Shown here one piece after another: positions 24,891 to 33,616 of a DNA stretch of 44,048 bases (positions are counted from its first letter, which is position 1; the number at the start of each line of letters is the position of its first letter). Under the pieces are notes generated by a model. It was not told the origin of the DNA. It was given only the letters and a program-made list of their open reading frames with translations, and did no database searches. Made by a program: the position numbers and the translations under genes. The stretch comes from a virus. Taxonomy: Duplodnaviria; Caudoviricetes. The stretch is from the IMG/VR virus record IMGVR_UViG_3300046795_000008, positions 1 to 44,048 of that record. The stretch is one strand, 5' to 3'.

Positions 24891-26554
24891 TGTTCGCTCT
24901 GCCTGCGCTTTCGGATGTCGTCAAGCGCCCTTTGCCACTCTTCGGTGAGCGTACCTTCCTCCATCGGCACTTGTCCTGTCAACTGTCCTTTTGTGATGCC
25001 TGTGGAATTCCGCGCAATGAACTCCCGCCGCGCTTCTGACTCCGCTCGGGAACCATGTTCCTCTAAGTTCTGGCGCATCCTCTCGATGATTCCCTTATCT
25101 TCCATCAGATCAATGCGCCGTGGCCCTGGGCCCGCCTCTGCTGCCCTCTGCATGGCAAGATTTTCGCGTATGTTTTGCACTGCTGGCACAATTTGGGGCG
25201 GTGCTTCGCTACGCATGTGCTCGGGTAGCGACTCGGCAATGTGCGGCGGAAGGTTGGCAAGCGGGGCCGCCTGCTGTACGGGCGTAACTTTCTTCGCCCG
25301 CTTGATTGGCCCAAACTTCTTTTCCGTGCCTTCGCGGACTTTGTTTCCGAGGTCTTCTGCCGGCTGCGGATTTAGGCCGTACTCCACCGGGCCCTGGGCG
25401 GCCAGTGCTCTGCGCTCCGGGCCTTGATAGTCGATGTTCAATTCAGGGTGACGGCGTTCACCTTCTTTCAGGGCTTCATTCGCAGTTTCCGTCGCCTTCT
25501 GAAACTGCTCATCCTCGGTTAGTGGCGCCCCTTGTTCTCGCGCTGGTGGCTTGTAATCGGGGTTTACTTTTGCCGCTGCCTGGTCAAGTTCTGCCTCTGC
25601 CCCTGCGACATCCCCGCGCTTCAGGTGGAATTCGACCTTGGCCTTGGTCGCCAGATTGTCGGCGTGGTTCACTTCGGGCGGAATGTGCTGGTCAACTACA
25701 TCATGCACGGGCTGGCGTAGTGCTTCGGCCTGTTGTGCGGTGGTCGCATCCATACGGCCCCTGATCGGCCCCAAAGGCCGCTCTGATTTCTTTAGCAGAC
25801 GGGCAGTTGCGGGAACTTGCATCTCTGCTTCCGCTGGGGCTTCCAGTGCGTCAGCGGCAGACGTCAATCCTTGATGTAGCGCTTTGCCAATTCGGATTGC
25901 TGGGCCGACTACCGGGGTATGTTCGAGAATCGCGCCAGCAGCAGAAGGGGCAATCTTGACGGCAGCTTTAGCGAGTTTTGGCCCCGCATAGATTGTCGCG
26001 GCTTGCCCCGCTACTTGCCCAAGCGCCCCGCCGACATCGCCACTCCCTAACTGTTCTCCAATATTTGCCGCCGCTGGGCCGACTAATGGCATGCCGCCCG
26101 CTAGAGCATGGCCTGCAGCAACTACCGGATGGCCCGCCCGCCACTCTTCCACCGCTTTCGCAGACTCCGCCTCTAAAGGCTTTTCTACGAATTTGCGCAA
26201 CGTTGACTCATCGCCCTCAACCCAGTTTGGATTACTAGCCAGATCCTTTGCTATGTCGGCTGCTCCTGAAACTACCGACTTCGCGCCTTGATAAAAATTC
26301 TTAGCGATGTTGGAAGGGGTGAATCCGTACCACTCTGGTATGCCCTTGTCTTGCTGCTCAATCGGCAGCATCTTGCCGCCCGCCGCCGCTGCATCCTTGG
26401 TCTGATCGGCTGGCACATAGCGCACTTTCCCATCCGGCGCCTGGAAACGGACTCCCGGCTTCCCGCCAGCTTTCACGGCCTCAAGCATCTGCTCATAAGG
26501 CACATCTCGCAGAATGCCCGAAGGATCGAAGATTGGGACGGTAGACGTGCTCAT
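24887..26554 (-). CDS. Probable DNA ejection / internal virion protein
   Basis: Third gene of the ejection-protein block; Ala/Gly-rich hydrophobic segment; helical. Confidence 0.65.
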   Translation of the reverse strand: MSTSTVPIFDPSGILRDVPYEQMLEAVKAGGKPGVRFQAPDGKVRYVPADQTKDAAAAGGKMLPIEQQDKGIPEWYGFTPSNIAKNFYQGAKSVVSGAADIAKDLASNPNWVEGDESTLRKFVEKPLEAESAKAVEEWRAGHPVVAAGHALAGGMPLVGPAAANIGEQLGSGDVGGALGQVAGQAATIYAGPKLAKAAVKIAPSAAGAILEHTPVVGPAIRIGKALHQGLTSAADALEAPAEAEMQVPATARLLKKSERPLGPIRGRMDATTAQQAEALRQPVHDVVDQHIPPEVNHADNLATKAKVEFHLKRGDVAGAEAELDQAAAKVNPDYKPPAREQGAPLTEDEQFQKATETANEALKEGERRHPELNIDYQGPERRALAAQGPVEYGLNPQPAEDLGNKVREGTEKKFGPIKRAKKVTPVQQAAPLANLPPHIAESLPEHMRSEAPPQIVPAVQNIRENLAMQRAAEAGPGPRRIDLMEDKGIIERMRQNLEEHGSRAESEARREFIARNSTGITKGQLTGQVPMEEGTLTEEWQRALDDIRKRRQSEQ

Positions 26555-28050
26555 TTATGCTCTGGCATTTTCGACCAGTCAAACCCGCCCGCAGAAGGAG
26601 CAGGCGCTGCTCCGCCCTGAGGTTTTGCGCCAATCCTGCCCCGAATGGCGTCGATGTCATCCTGATAGGACTTGTGGCGGTTGGCTATATCCTGCTTCAG
26701 CGTATCAACCGCCGATAGCATCCCGGAAAGAGGCAGGTTTCCGTCAAGAATGTCCTGCACTTCCTTGCGCGCCCTGTCTGATAAAACCCCGTTCCCTGTA
26801 GCACTCTGCAGGACTCGCGCAACTTCAGTCGCTGCCGTCTGGCGTGCTGCATTCAGCGCGGTCTGGTTCTGCTCGCCAATCATCTTTCCCGTGATCATGC
26901 GCAACGGAACATTGGCGAAACGCACTTGTAAATCCGGCACGGCCTTGGCCTTTTGCACGAACAGGTCAAGATTCTTGAGCGCCGTACCTTCAAAGGCATT
27001 CATCTGATCGAACTGAGATTGGACCTTTTTAAGCGCGGCAGTATCAGCTTGGAAAGTGGCCTTATTTGCAGCTAAATCCTGGTCCGGGTGCAGGTCTGCC
27101 GAACGCTTTATAATGGCTGCAGTCGTTCCCGGACTGCGCGCAAATCCAGCCGGCAGACTGCCATCCTTGGAATATCGCTCTGCGGCCTGATCCAGAGCAC
27201 TACCCTGTCCGGCTGGCCCGAGTTGGTTTCCCAATACAAGCGCAGTCGGGTTCTGACGCGCCTTCCATGCCAGGAATGTGGCCGCGTTCTTGTTCTTGCC
27301 CTTGTCGATAGTCGAATCAGAGAGGTAATCCTGCAATTCCTGCCGCTCGACTGGGGGCGTGCCTTGCTTTACTTCTCCAGTGCGGGTATTGATAAGCGTT
27401 CCCGCGCCCGCATCCTTCCATTCGGCTGATTCCGTCTTGCGCTTCTCAATCTCCTGGTCGAAGGCCAACTTCTGGCCCATCTTAGATTTCTCGAACAACT
27501 CAATACCCTGCCGCATTTGCGCTGGAGGAAGTTGTAAAAGCTGCTGCGCCCCTTGCATCTCATCTTGAGAGAGAAGCCCCTTGCTGGCTAGGCCCTGCAC
27601 CGTTTGCGAGAGGTGCTCGCCCAACTGCTCATCCGGAACATTCTTGGCTACATCAATCGCCCCAATGACCATGTCGTTTTTGGCTCGCATGGTCTCGACT
27701 TGCTTGCCGCCCGTCTCCGCATCCTGCTTCGCAATGTCTGAGGCTGTCTTCCTAATGGTAAGCCCATGCTGCTGCACCGCCTGAGCTGCCACCGCCGATC
27801 CGCCCGACTGGAGAACAGACTTTGCCAGGTCGTCATAGCCTTGCGACTTTGGGTCCCAGCCGAGCATCGCCTTGGTCGTCGCCACAAGGTCTTTCTGCTG
27901 CTGTTGCTTGATTTCCATCTCCTGCTGTTGGGCAGCTTGTTGCTGCTGCATTCCGCGCAGGGAGACAACTTTGCCGTACTCCTGTAGTGGGTCTCGGGGA
28001 GTCGGGACTTGAGTTTGCAGTGCCGGAAGTGGAATGTTTACGCCGCCCAT
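26551..28050 (-). CDS. Probable DNA ejection protein (P22 gp20-like position)
   Basis: TAATG coupling at 28050; Gln-rich helical N-terminus. Confidence 0.7.
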   Translation of the reverse strand: MGGVNIPLPALQTQVPTPRDPLQEYGKVVSLRGMQQQQAAQQQEMEIKQQQQKDLVATTKAMLGWDPKSQGYDDLAKSVLQSGGSAVAAQAVQQHGLTIRKTASDIAKQDAETGGKQVETMRAKNDMVIGAIDVAKNVPDEQLGEHLSQTVQGLASKGLLSQDEMQGAQQLLQLPPAQMRQGIELFEKSKMGQKLAFDQEIEKRKTESAEWKDAGAGTLINTRTGEVKQGTPPVERQELQDYLSDSTIDKGKNKNAATFLAWKARQNPTALVLGNQLGPAGQGSALDQAAERYSKDGSLPAGFARSPGTTAAIIKRSADLHPDQDLAANKATFQADTAALKKVQSQFDQMNAFEGTALKNLDLFVQKAKAVPDLQVRFANVPLRMITGKMIGEQNQTALNAARQTAATEVARVLQSATGNGVLSDRARKEVQDILDGNLPLSGMLSAVDTLKQDIANRHKSYQDDIDAIRGRIGAKPQGGAAPAPSAGGFDWSKMPEHK

Positions 28051-28865
28051 TATTGTTGTGCCGTTTTCGGTCGAGTGAGATTGTTCAGAGCCCAAATATC
28101 CATCGGTAGTTGCGAGATTGACTGAGTGGCCCCGCTCCAGGCATTGCCTTGACCAACGTAGCCAGAAGCCCTTGCCGCCGCCGCGTTATTGACCTGCTGC
28201 GCCAGATCCTGCGCCCCGCCGACATCTATTGCCGTCATGTTCGAGGCTGCCTGCTGGCCTTCCTGCCCCAAGTTCGTAGCCGTCTGCTGCCCGATGCCCG
28301 CCAGTGTTCCAAGGCGGTTTATCTGGTTGCTCGTGTCCTGGTTCCACACGTTGTAGTTCGTCATGTACGATTGCAGGGCTTGATTGTAGCGGTCGTTATA
28401 TGTCGAGTCCGCCAGGCCTTGCCCGTACTTCTGCAACTCCGTGCCCTGAGTCCCGGAGAATAGGTTTCCCCGAGCAGCCGCTGACTTGTCCAACGCATCG
28501 ACACCCGTTTGTAACTGGAATTGATACCCAGGAGTGGCGCGCGCTTCGGCGGCAGTCGGTGCTGAGAACGTCTTGCCATAGTGTGACGTCGACGGATTGT
28601 TGACCAGATTCGAGAGGTTATTAAGGGCCGTCGTGCCCTGCTGAAGGTAGGGCTGCTGGTTCTGTTGGGTCTGGGTAAGCGTGCCTTGCTGATACTGCCG
28701 TGCGAGGGCTTGATTTTGCGCAAGCACATCCTGCGCATTCGTCGCAGCCTTGGCTTGCGTGTCCGCAGCTTTGCCCGCAGCATGAGCACCAATGGCAGAC
28801 GACGCGACACTGCCGGCTGCTGCCGCCGCGCCCAACCCCAAAGCTAAGCCGGTCGCGATGGGCAA
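28050..28865 (-). CDS. DNA transfer / pilot protein (P22 gp7-like)
   Basis: Ala/Gly N-terminus; QQPYLQQG, TPGYQFQLQTG, SAAARGNLFSG motifs; AGGAG SD with TTG start. Confidence 0.85.
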   Translation of the reverse strand: MPIATGLALGLGAAAAAGSVASSAIGAHAAGKAADTQAKAATNAQDVLAQNQALARQYQQGTLTQTQQNQQPYLQQGTTALNNLSNLVNNPSTSHYGKTFSAPTAAEARATPGYQFQLQTGVDALDKSAAARGNLFSGTQGTELQKYGQGLADSTYNDRYNQALQSYMTNYNVWNQDTSNQINRLGTLAGIGQQTATNLGQEGQQAASNMTAIDVGGAQDLAQQVNNAAAARASGYVGQGNAWSGATQSISQLPMDIWALNNLTRPKTAQQ

Positions 28866-28915
28866 ATTGATTCTCCTGTTGTGGTATGTGGAGCCGGGCG
28901 GTAAAATGGTCCGCG

Positions 28916-29383
28916 ATGCCGCACAAAGATCCTGTCAAGAATCGCGTATACCAGCGTGAATGGGCCAGAAAACGGCGCGCACACCCGGACATACGTGAGG
29001 CGGAAAACGCCCGCAAGATGGCGCGTATACATGAACAATTGAAAGACCCAGCATTTCGCGCGGAACGCAATGCGCTCCATCGCGCTCAGTATCATGCCAA
29101 TCGCGACAATCAACGAGCCGCGCAAAAGAAGCGTTATGAAAAACTGCGCCAACAATTCATTGCTTGGCGTGCAACGCTTATATGTGTACGCTGCGGTTCT
29201 GCTCAGGACATCGAATTTCATCACAGAAGTAAGCATACTAAGATCAATAACGTAACCTGTTTAGTACCGACTCCGGGAGCATACAAACGTGAGCTTGAAA
29301 AATGCGATCCCTTGTGTCGAAAGTGCCACAAATTCCATCACTCTCAAGAGCGACGCAGGACTATAAAGCCTTCTGGTAAGTAA
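28916..29383 (+). CDS. Free-standing HNH endonuclease, counter-oriented
   Basis: CVRCG...IEFHH...ELEKCDPLCRKCHKFHH; basic N-terminus. Confidence 0.88.
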   Translation: MPHKDPVKNRVYQREWARKRRAHPDIREAENARKMARIHEQLKDPAFRAERNALHRAQYHANRDNQRAAQKKRYEKLRQQFIAWRATLICVRCGSAQDIEFHHRSKHTKINNVTCLVPTPGAYKRELEKCDPLCRKCHKFHHSQERRRTIKPSGK

Positions 29384-29792
29384 CCTCGACCTTGCTGTAA
29401 TGAAGGCTTTCGTATGCTTTTCCTACTTCTTCACTGGGAGCAGTGAATTGCATGCGTTTGGCCCCAAATCCTCTTGCCATGCGCTCAGCAGCGCGCAGTA
29501 ACGCCAGTGCGGTAAAACTGTGCCTGTATTCCTTTTCCACGTGCCAAATGACTTCTCCCGCCGTGAGTTCCCCGGAAAAGTAATGCGGAAAGACGATGAA
29601 GGCCAGTACGCCAGTAAGCGCCTCGTTTTCCTCGCTGACCAGAATTATGCCCTTTTGCATTACCTCGATCGCCAGCTTGCCAGTCTGCTCCGGATTGTCT
29701 CCGACCATATCCTTGTAGGGCCCTTCGCGCAGCGATCGTGAGCCCATTTCCTGAATTCTTGGGATGTCGGCTTCTGTGGCTTCGCGAATCAT
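29361..29792 (-). CDS. GNAT-fold acetyltransferase-like virion assembly protein
   Basis: MIREATEADIPRI...WHVEKEYR...LLRAAERMAR; conserved position before the ejection genes. Confidence 0.85.
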   Translation of the reverse strand: MIREATEADIPRIQEMGSRSLREGPYKDMVGDNPEQTGKLAIEVMQKGIILVSEENEALTGVLAFIVFPHYFSGELTAGEVIWHVEKEYRHSFTALALLRAAERMARGFGAKRMQFTAPSEEVGKAYESLHYSKVEVTYQKAL

Positions 29793-29838
29793 AGGTTTGG
29801 TGTACTGCCAGCGCAGCGGAGTGGAATACCGCAGCGTC

Positions 29839-30180
29839 TTAACCGACTCGATACCATACCGTGCCATTGGATTTGAAGCGCGCCTTGTCATACTGCGCAG
29901 CCAAGATCACATTCCCGCCCTGGGCGCCGGTGATTGTCACGGTGTTCGCGTCCGGGGAAATCTTGACGTAGATAATCTCCTGGTTCAGGTTCGTTTCGCC
30001 CGTTGCCGTGCTCGATAGGCCCGCCGGCGGTAAAGCCTGGTTGAAGTTCCCGCCCGACGTGTCGCATTCGATGAGCGGATGAAGCCTTGAGACTGCCAGA
30101 AGCCATTGCTGAATGACCGGGTCAAGGTTCGAGGCCCGCAGGGGCGGAAGCCGCATTGTGGTTTGCGTCGTTTGCGCCAT
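29839..30180 (-). CDS. Small tail protein (tail needle/plug-like by position)
   Basis: Short beta domain ending FKSNGTVWY. Confidence 0.6.
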   Translation of the reverse strand: MAQTTQTTMRLPPLRASNLDPVIQQWLLAVSRLHPLIECDTSGGNFNQALPPAGLSSTATGETNLNQEIIYVKISPDANTVTITGAQGGNVILAAQYDKARFKSNGTVWYRVG

Positions 30181-30416
30181 TAGGGTTGCGCAGAATCATT
30201 GGTATCTTTTGATGAAGAGCGACTTTCGCCGAATGCCCAGTTAGCAAATCCGCCCGCGAGCACTAGAAGTCCACCAAGGATTTCCGGGAGTCCGTAACTG
30301 TGTTCTTGTGTCACGTGTCCGATTGCAATAATGCCAGATAAAGTCGCTATGCATAGGAGCAACGCAAACCCAAAAGCCATCTTGAGCTGCGCCATGTTTA
30401 GCGACTTCATCTGCAT
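30180..30416 (-). CDS. Two-transmembrane protein within the tail module
   Basis: Two hydrophobic helices; coupled to the downstream gene. Confidence 0.7.
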   Translation of the reverse strand: MQMKSLNMAQLKMAFGFALLLCIATLSGIIAIGHVTQEHSYGLPEILGGLLVLAGGFANWAFGESRSSSKDTNDSAQP

Positions 30417-30421
30417 AGTTA

Positions 30422-30922
30422 TTACGGTGTTGGGATGTCAGTCGCTGGTCCAGCCGTAACTTCGGCCACCACTGCTTCGCCCTGTGTAACAACGACGTCC
30501 AGAGTAGCGACAACGTCGCGCACCTGATCCGCGTCAGGGTCGCCATCTGCTGTGAACGTTACAAGTACCGGGGTATTGGCTGCGCCGTTCAAGCCGTCAA
30601 CGTCGGCCATTAACTCATTGTCGGGATGCACCAGCACCGACGCTACCGCCGGGTCTGACGAAGTCCACACTGCTGAGCCTGTCTGGTACGCTGCTGGATT
30701 CCCGCCCGCCGTCTTCAACACTGCCGTTGCAGTGACACGTTGTCCTTCTCGTAGTTCTGCCATCTTGATGACTCCTCTAATCGTAAGGCCGAAGCCTGTG
30801 ATAACGCCGATGTAAGCCCTAGGCTTAACACCTAAAAAGTCCCGGATATCGGACCATACTTCGATTAGCCTTGCTAGGCTGAGCTCTTCAATTGCCGGTA
30901 CGAATGTGTGCTTTTGATCCAT
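30422..30922 (-). CDS. Ig-like domain protein (alternative internal start at 30763)
   Basis: VWTSSDPAVASV is a Big_2-like motif. TAATG coupling at 30922; GAGGAG SD before ATG 30763. Confidence 0.75.
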   Translation of the reverse strand: MDQKHTFVPAIEELSLARLIEVWSDIRDFLGVKPRAYIGVITGFGLTIRGVIKMAELREGQRVTATAVLKTAGGNPAAYQTGSAVWTSSDPAVASVLVHPDNELMADVDGLNGAANTPVLVTFTADGDPDADQVRDVVATLDVVVTQGEAVVAEVTAGPATDIPTP

Positions 30923-32394
30923 TAAACTCTCGCCAGTTCAGGATCTGCATCTACAAAGGCGTCGGCAAACTTCCATTGAATCGGGTCCGTCCCTGATACC
31001 TCGAAAACCCGCTTTCTGCCGCGCCCGAGCATCCGTTTATAAACTCGCGTATTGAATTCACCGGCAAACCCACAGTTCAGGATGTAGGAATTAGACCAGG
31101 TCTGCCCTGCATCGTCGGACCATCTGAGCATCAACTGGGGCGGTCGGGGCTGGCCGTTGCCGTCTACAAGTGGCGGCTGAGGTCCAAGCCCCGTTTGCAC
31201 GTCAAACTCAATCTTGGAGAAATAAACCCAGTCATTTTCCTTGGAAATAGCCGGCGAACGTCTCAGGAAGCGAATCGGGTTATCGAAGTCCGTTAGCGTG
31301 TTGGAATCCAGCACATAAATGTTGCCACTGGCCCAGTCACCGACCAGATGCACCCCGAAATTGAACGTATGAGACATCGATCGATGCGCGCTGAACCGAC
31401 CTGTACCAGCATTCCAGAACGCCCGTTTGTGCCAGTAGCCCGTCGCCGCGTCATAGCACCATGTTTCACCCTGACCGCTGGCGGCCGATGGGAAGTAGAT
31501 CACCCAGAAAGTATGCCCTTGGTCCTCGTAGGAATAGGCAATGGCGTCGGCTATTGTCGGATACTGCGCCCAGGCGAACTCAACCGCATGAGTTGATATC
31601 CTGGCCGCTGAATAGCCGTTGAGTTTCCTTGCTACTCGCCCGCCGCGCTCATCTTGATCAAGCCAAACCACGGAATTATCGAGTTGGCAGGTGGCAAAGG
31701 TCGCCCCGGCCCCGTTCTCGATGTAGGCCCCTTGAATCGGGATGAAGACCGGGAAGCCCGCGCCTGAGTTGTAGTAGCCCAGAGACTTCTTGCCGGACAG
31801 AAACCACGGCTCCCGGTGGTCGACAATGAACGAGATGATGTTGTCAGGGAAGTAGGAAATGATCGCAATGTTCAGGCCGTTCCACGTCGTGAAGTCCTCA
31901 AGGTTCGATTGCTGGAAGGTGTGAGAGTTCTGCAGGGTCGCTATCCCGTAGCCGTCTGCAAACCCGATCTGCTGCACCAGCCCGCCATTGAACTGCGCCA
32001 TGTTTACGGGTGTCAGAACGTTGGTCGCCAGCACCAGCATGAATAGGGCCCCATTATTCATAATCAGCAGTTGAGTCTCATTAGCAATGATCTGCGTCGG
32101 GCTGACTGGCGCGACTCCCAAGGAACCTAGGTCTGTGGCGACTCCGCCATTAGAGACTTCGTACAGATGCGAGCCTGCCGCGAAAGACCTGCCGTTGACC
32201 GTGAACATCCCCGGCACCTTGGCCTCGGTCGGAAGATTGCAGAACAGCCTGAGTCCGGGAGTCCTGAGCAAGGCAATCGGGGTGCGTGCGCCTTCCGACT
32301 CCGACCGCTCGCAATATAGATTTATAGCAGCTTCTGCGTCGATAATCGGAGACGTGGCCGCATAAGTCGGCCCACAAAACCCAGGGAACCTCAC
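30922..32394 (-). CDS. Tail hub / packaged-DNA stabilization protein (P22 gp10-like)
   Basis: RISTHAVE, YEDQGHTFW, LMLRWSDDAGQTWSN, LGRGRKRVFEVSGTDP motifs. Confidence 0.92.
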   Translation of the reverse strand: MRFPGFCGPTYAATSPIIDAEAAINLYCERSESEGARTPIALLRTPGLRLFCNLPTEAKVPGMFTVNGRSFAAGSHLYEVSNGGVATDLGSLGVAPVSPTQIIANETQLLIMNNGALFMLVLATNVLTPVNMAQFNGGLVQQIGFADGYGIATLQNSHTFQQSNLEDFTTWNGLNIAIISYFPDNIISFIVDHREPWFLSGKKSLGYYNSGAGFPVFIPIQGAYIENGAGATFATCQLDNSVVWLDQDERGGRVARKLNGYSAARISTHAVEFAWAQYPTIADAIAYSYEDQGHTFWVIYFPSAASGQGETWCYDAATGYWHKRAFWNAGTGRFSAHRSMSHTFNFGVHLVGDWASGNIYVLDSNTLTDFDNPIRFLRRSPAISKENDWVYFSKIEFDVQTGLGPQPPLVDGNGQPRPPQLMLRWSDDAGQTWSNSYILNCGFAGEFNTRVYKRMLGRGRKRVFEVSGTDPIQWKFADAFVDADPELARV

Positions 32395-33203
32395 TCTGGC
32401 GGGCCTCCAGGATAACCGCCAGACATCCAGTTAAAGTCAGGCCGCGCCCTGCCAGCCTTCGGCATTCCCAAATCTTGCGTATTGATCCGTGGCGACTTCG
32501 CATTGTTCCCGAAAATGGCCGCTCGTGCCCTGCGCGCCGATTCAATCAGAAGGGCGTGGGCTTCTAGTTTGGCGCCGGGTAGTAGTGTTTCCGCCAAGGT
32601 CAGCATTATCGCTGTCCTGTAGGCTGGGGGCATGGTTCCCACTACACTCCCTGGGCCCCCTAGATTGTCGGTAATCGAGTCGTACTGCTGCAAGAGAGTC
32701 CAAAGCTGCATTCGGACGTCGTTTGCAGTGTTCGGCACCGGCCAGAAGTAGATCGACCCATCCGGCCAGTCCTGCGAGTAGTACAGATCCGTGGGAATGT
32801 TGGTCTGGATGTTCTTGACCTGCTGCGCGGCCCACCAATCGTCATCTCGGATGTTCATGGGCAGGTCAATCTGCTGGTTGCCGCTGTTGATCAGCAACGA
32901 GCAAGACTCAATCCGCACCGGCCTTTGGGCGACCGAAAACGTTGCCGCCGGACTTGAGCCGATCAGGTGCGGACTAAGCCCCGGCACCAGCGTGAACGTT
33001 TGAAAGACGGTCGTGACAACGTACTTGCGCTCCGCCGCCCAGACATCCAGCAGATAATTCAGTTTGCGGAATGCCCACTGCCCGGATTCGCCATCTGGCG
33101 TCTCTCCAGGCGCAAGCATCCCGCATTCGATCATTGCGTCAGCAATGATGTCCTGAACGGTGTAAGTCAGCGCAGTCGGCGAAGGTGGCGGAATGATCGG
33201 CAT
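32391..33203 (-). CDS. Head-to-tail adaptor (P22 gp4-like)
   Basis: TVQDIIADAM..GMLAPGETP...LNYLLDVW; IYFWPVP. Confidence 0.85.
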   Translation of the reverse strand: MPIIPPPSPTALTYTVQDIIADAMIECGMLAPGETPDGESGQWAFRKLNYLLDVWAAERKYVVTTVFQTFTLVPGLSPHLIGSSPAATFSVAQRPVRIESCSLLINSGNQQIDLPMNIRDDDWWAAQQVKNIQTNIPTDLYYSQDWPDGSIYFWPVPNTANDVRMQLWTLLQQYDSITDNLGGPGSVVGTMPPAYRTAIMLTLAETLLPGAKLEAHALLIESARRARAAIFGNNAKSPRINTQDLGMPKAGRARPDFNWMSGGYPGGPPE

Positions 33204-33614
33204 TTACTTGCGCTTGCGGTAAGACTTGAATTCTTGGGCCGCACCGGTTTCGTCGCTGGCTTCGGTGGTTTCCTCGGTGACTTCTTGCAACTCCTTCACT
33301 ATGCCACCAGGCGCTTCGGTGACAGGCTTGGTGCCCCATCCATCGGCAACGGCTTCGGCTTCCTCAGCCTCAGACTTCACCGACAAAGGCTTGGCGCCAA
33401 ACTTGTAGAGAAGTTTGGGGTACTCCTGATGTACATACCGGCCCGAACTTGGGGGATTCGATAGGTCAATAACCTTGTCGCCAAAATTGTTTTGTACCAT
33501 ATCTCGCTCCTGTTTCAGTAGACGTTCGCGCTCCTCCCGAGGTACACCTTCAAGATCAAAGACCAGGGGCCAGCGATCTTTTCTGGCATACCTCGGGCGT
33601 TCTCGCAGCGACAT
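33204..33614 (-). CDS. Conserved hypothetical protein after the capsid genes (alternative start at 33500)
   Basis: HQEYPKLLY...EEAEAVADGW motif; AGGAG SD before the internal ATG at 33500. Confidence 0.7.
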   Translation of the reverse strand: MSLRERPRYARKDRWPLVFDLEGVPREERERLLKQERDMVQNNFGDKVIDLSNPPSSGRYVHQEYPKLLYKFGAKPLSVKSEAEEAEAVADGWGTKPVTEAPGGIVKELQEVTEETTEASDETGAAQEFKSYRKRK

Positions 33615-33616
33615 GC

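Noticed and set aside
13858-27987. Many plus-strand ORFs of 60-220 aa (e.g. 13858-14439, 17754-18422, 24915-25427)
   Set aside because: These are antisense shadows of well-supported minus-strand genes in GC-rich sequence and carry no motifs.
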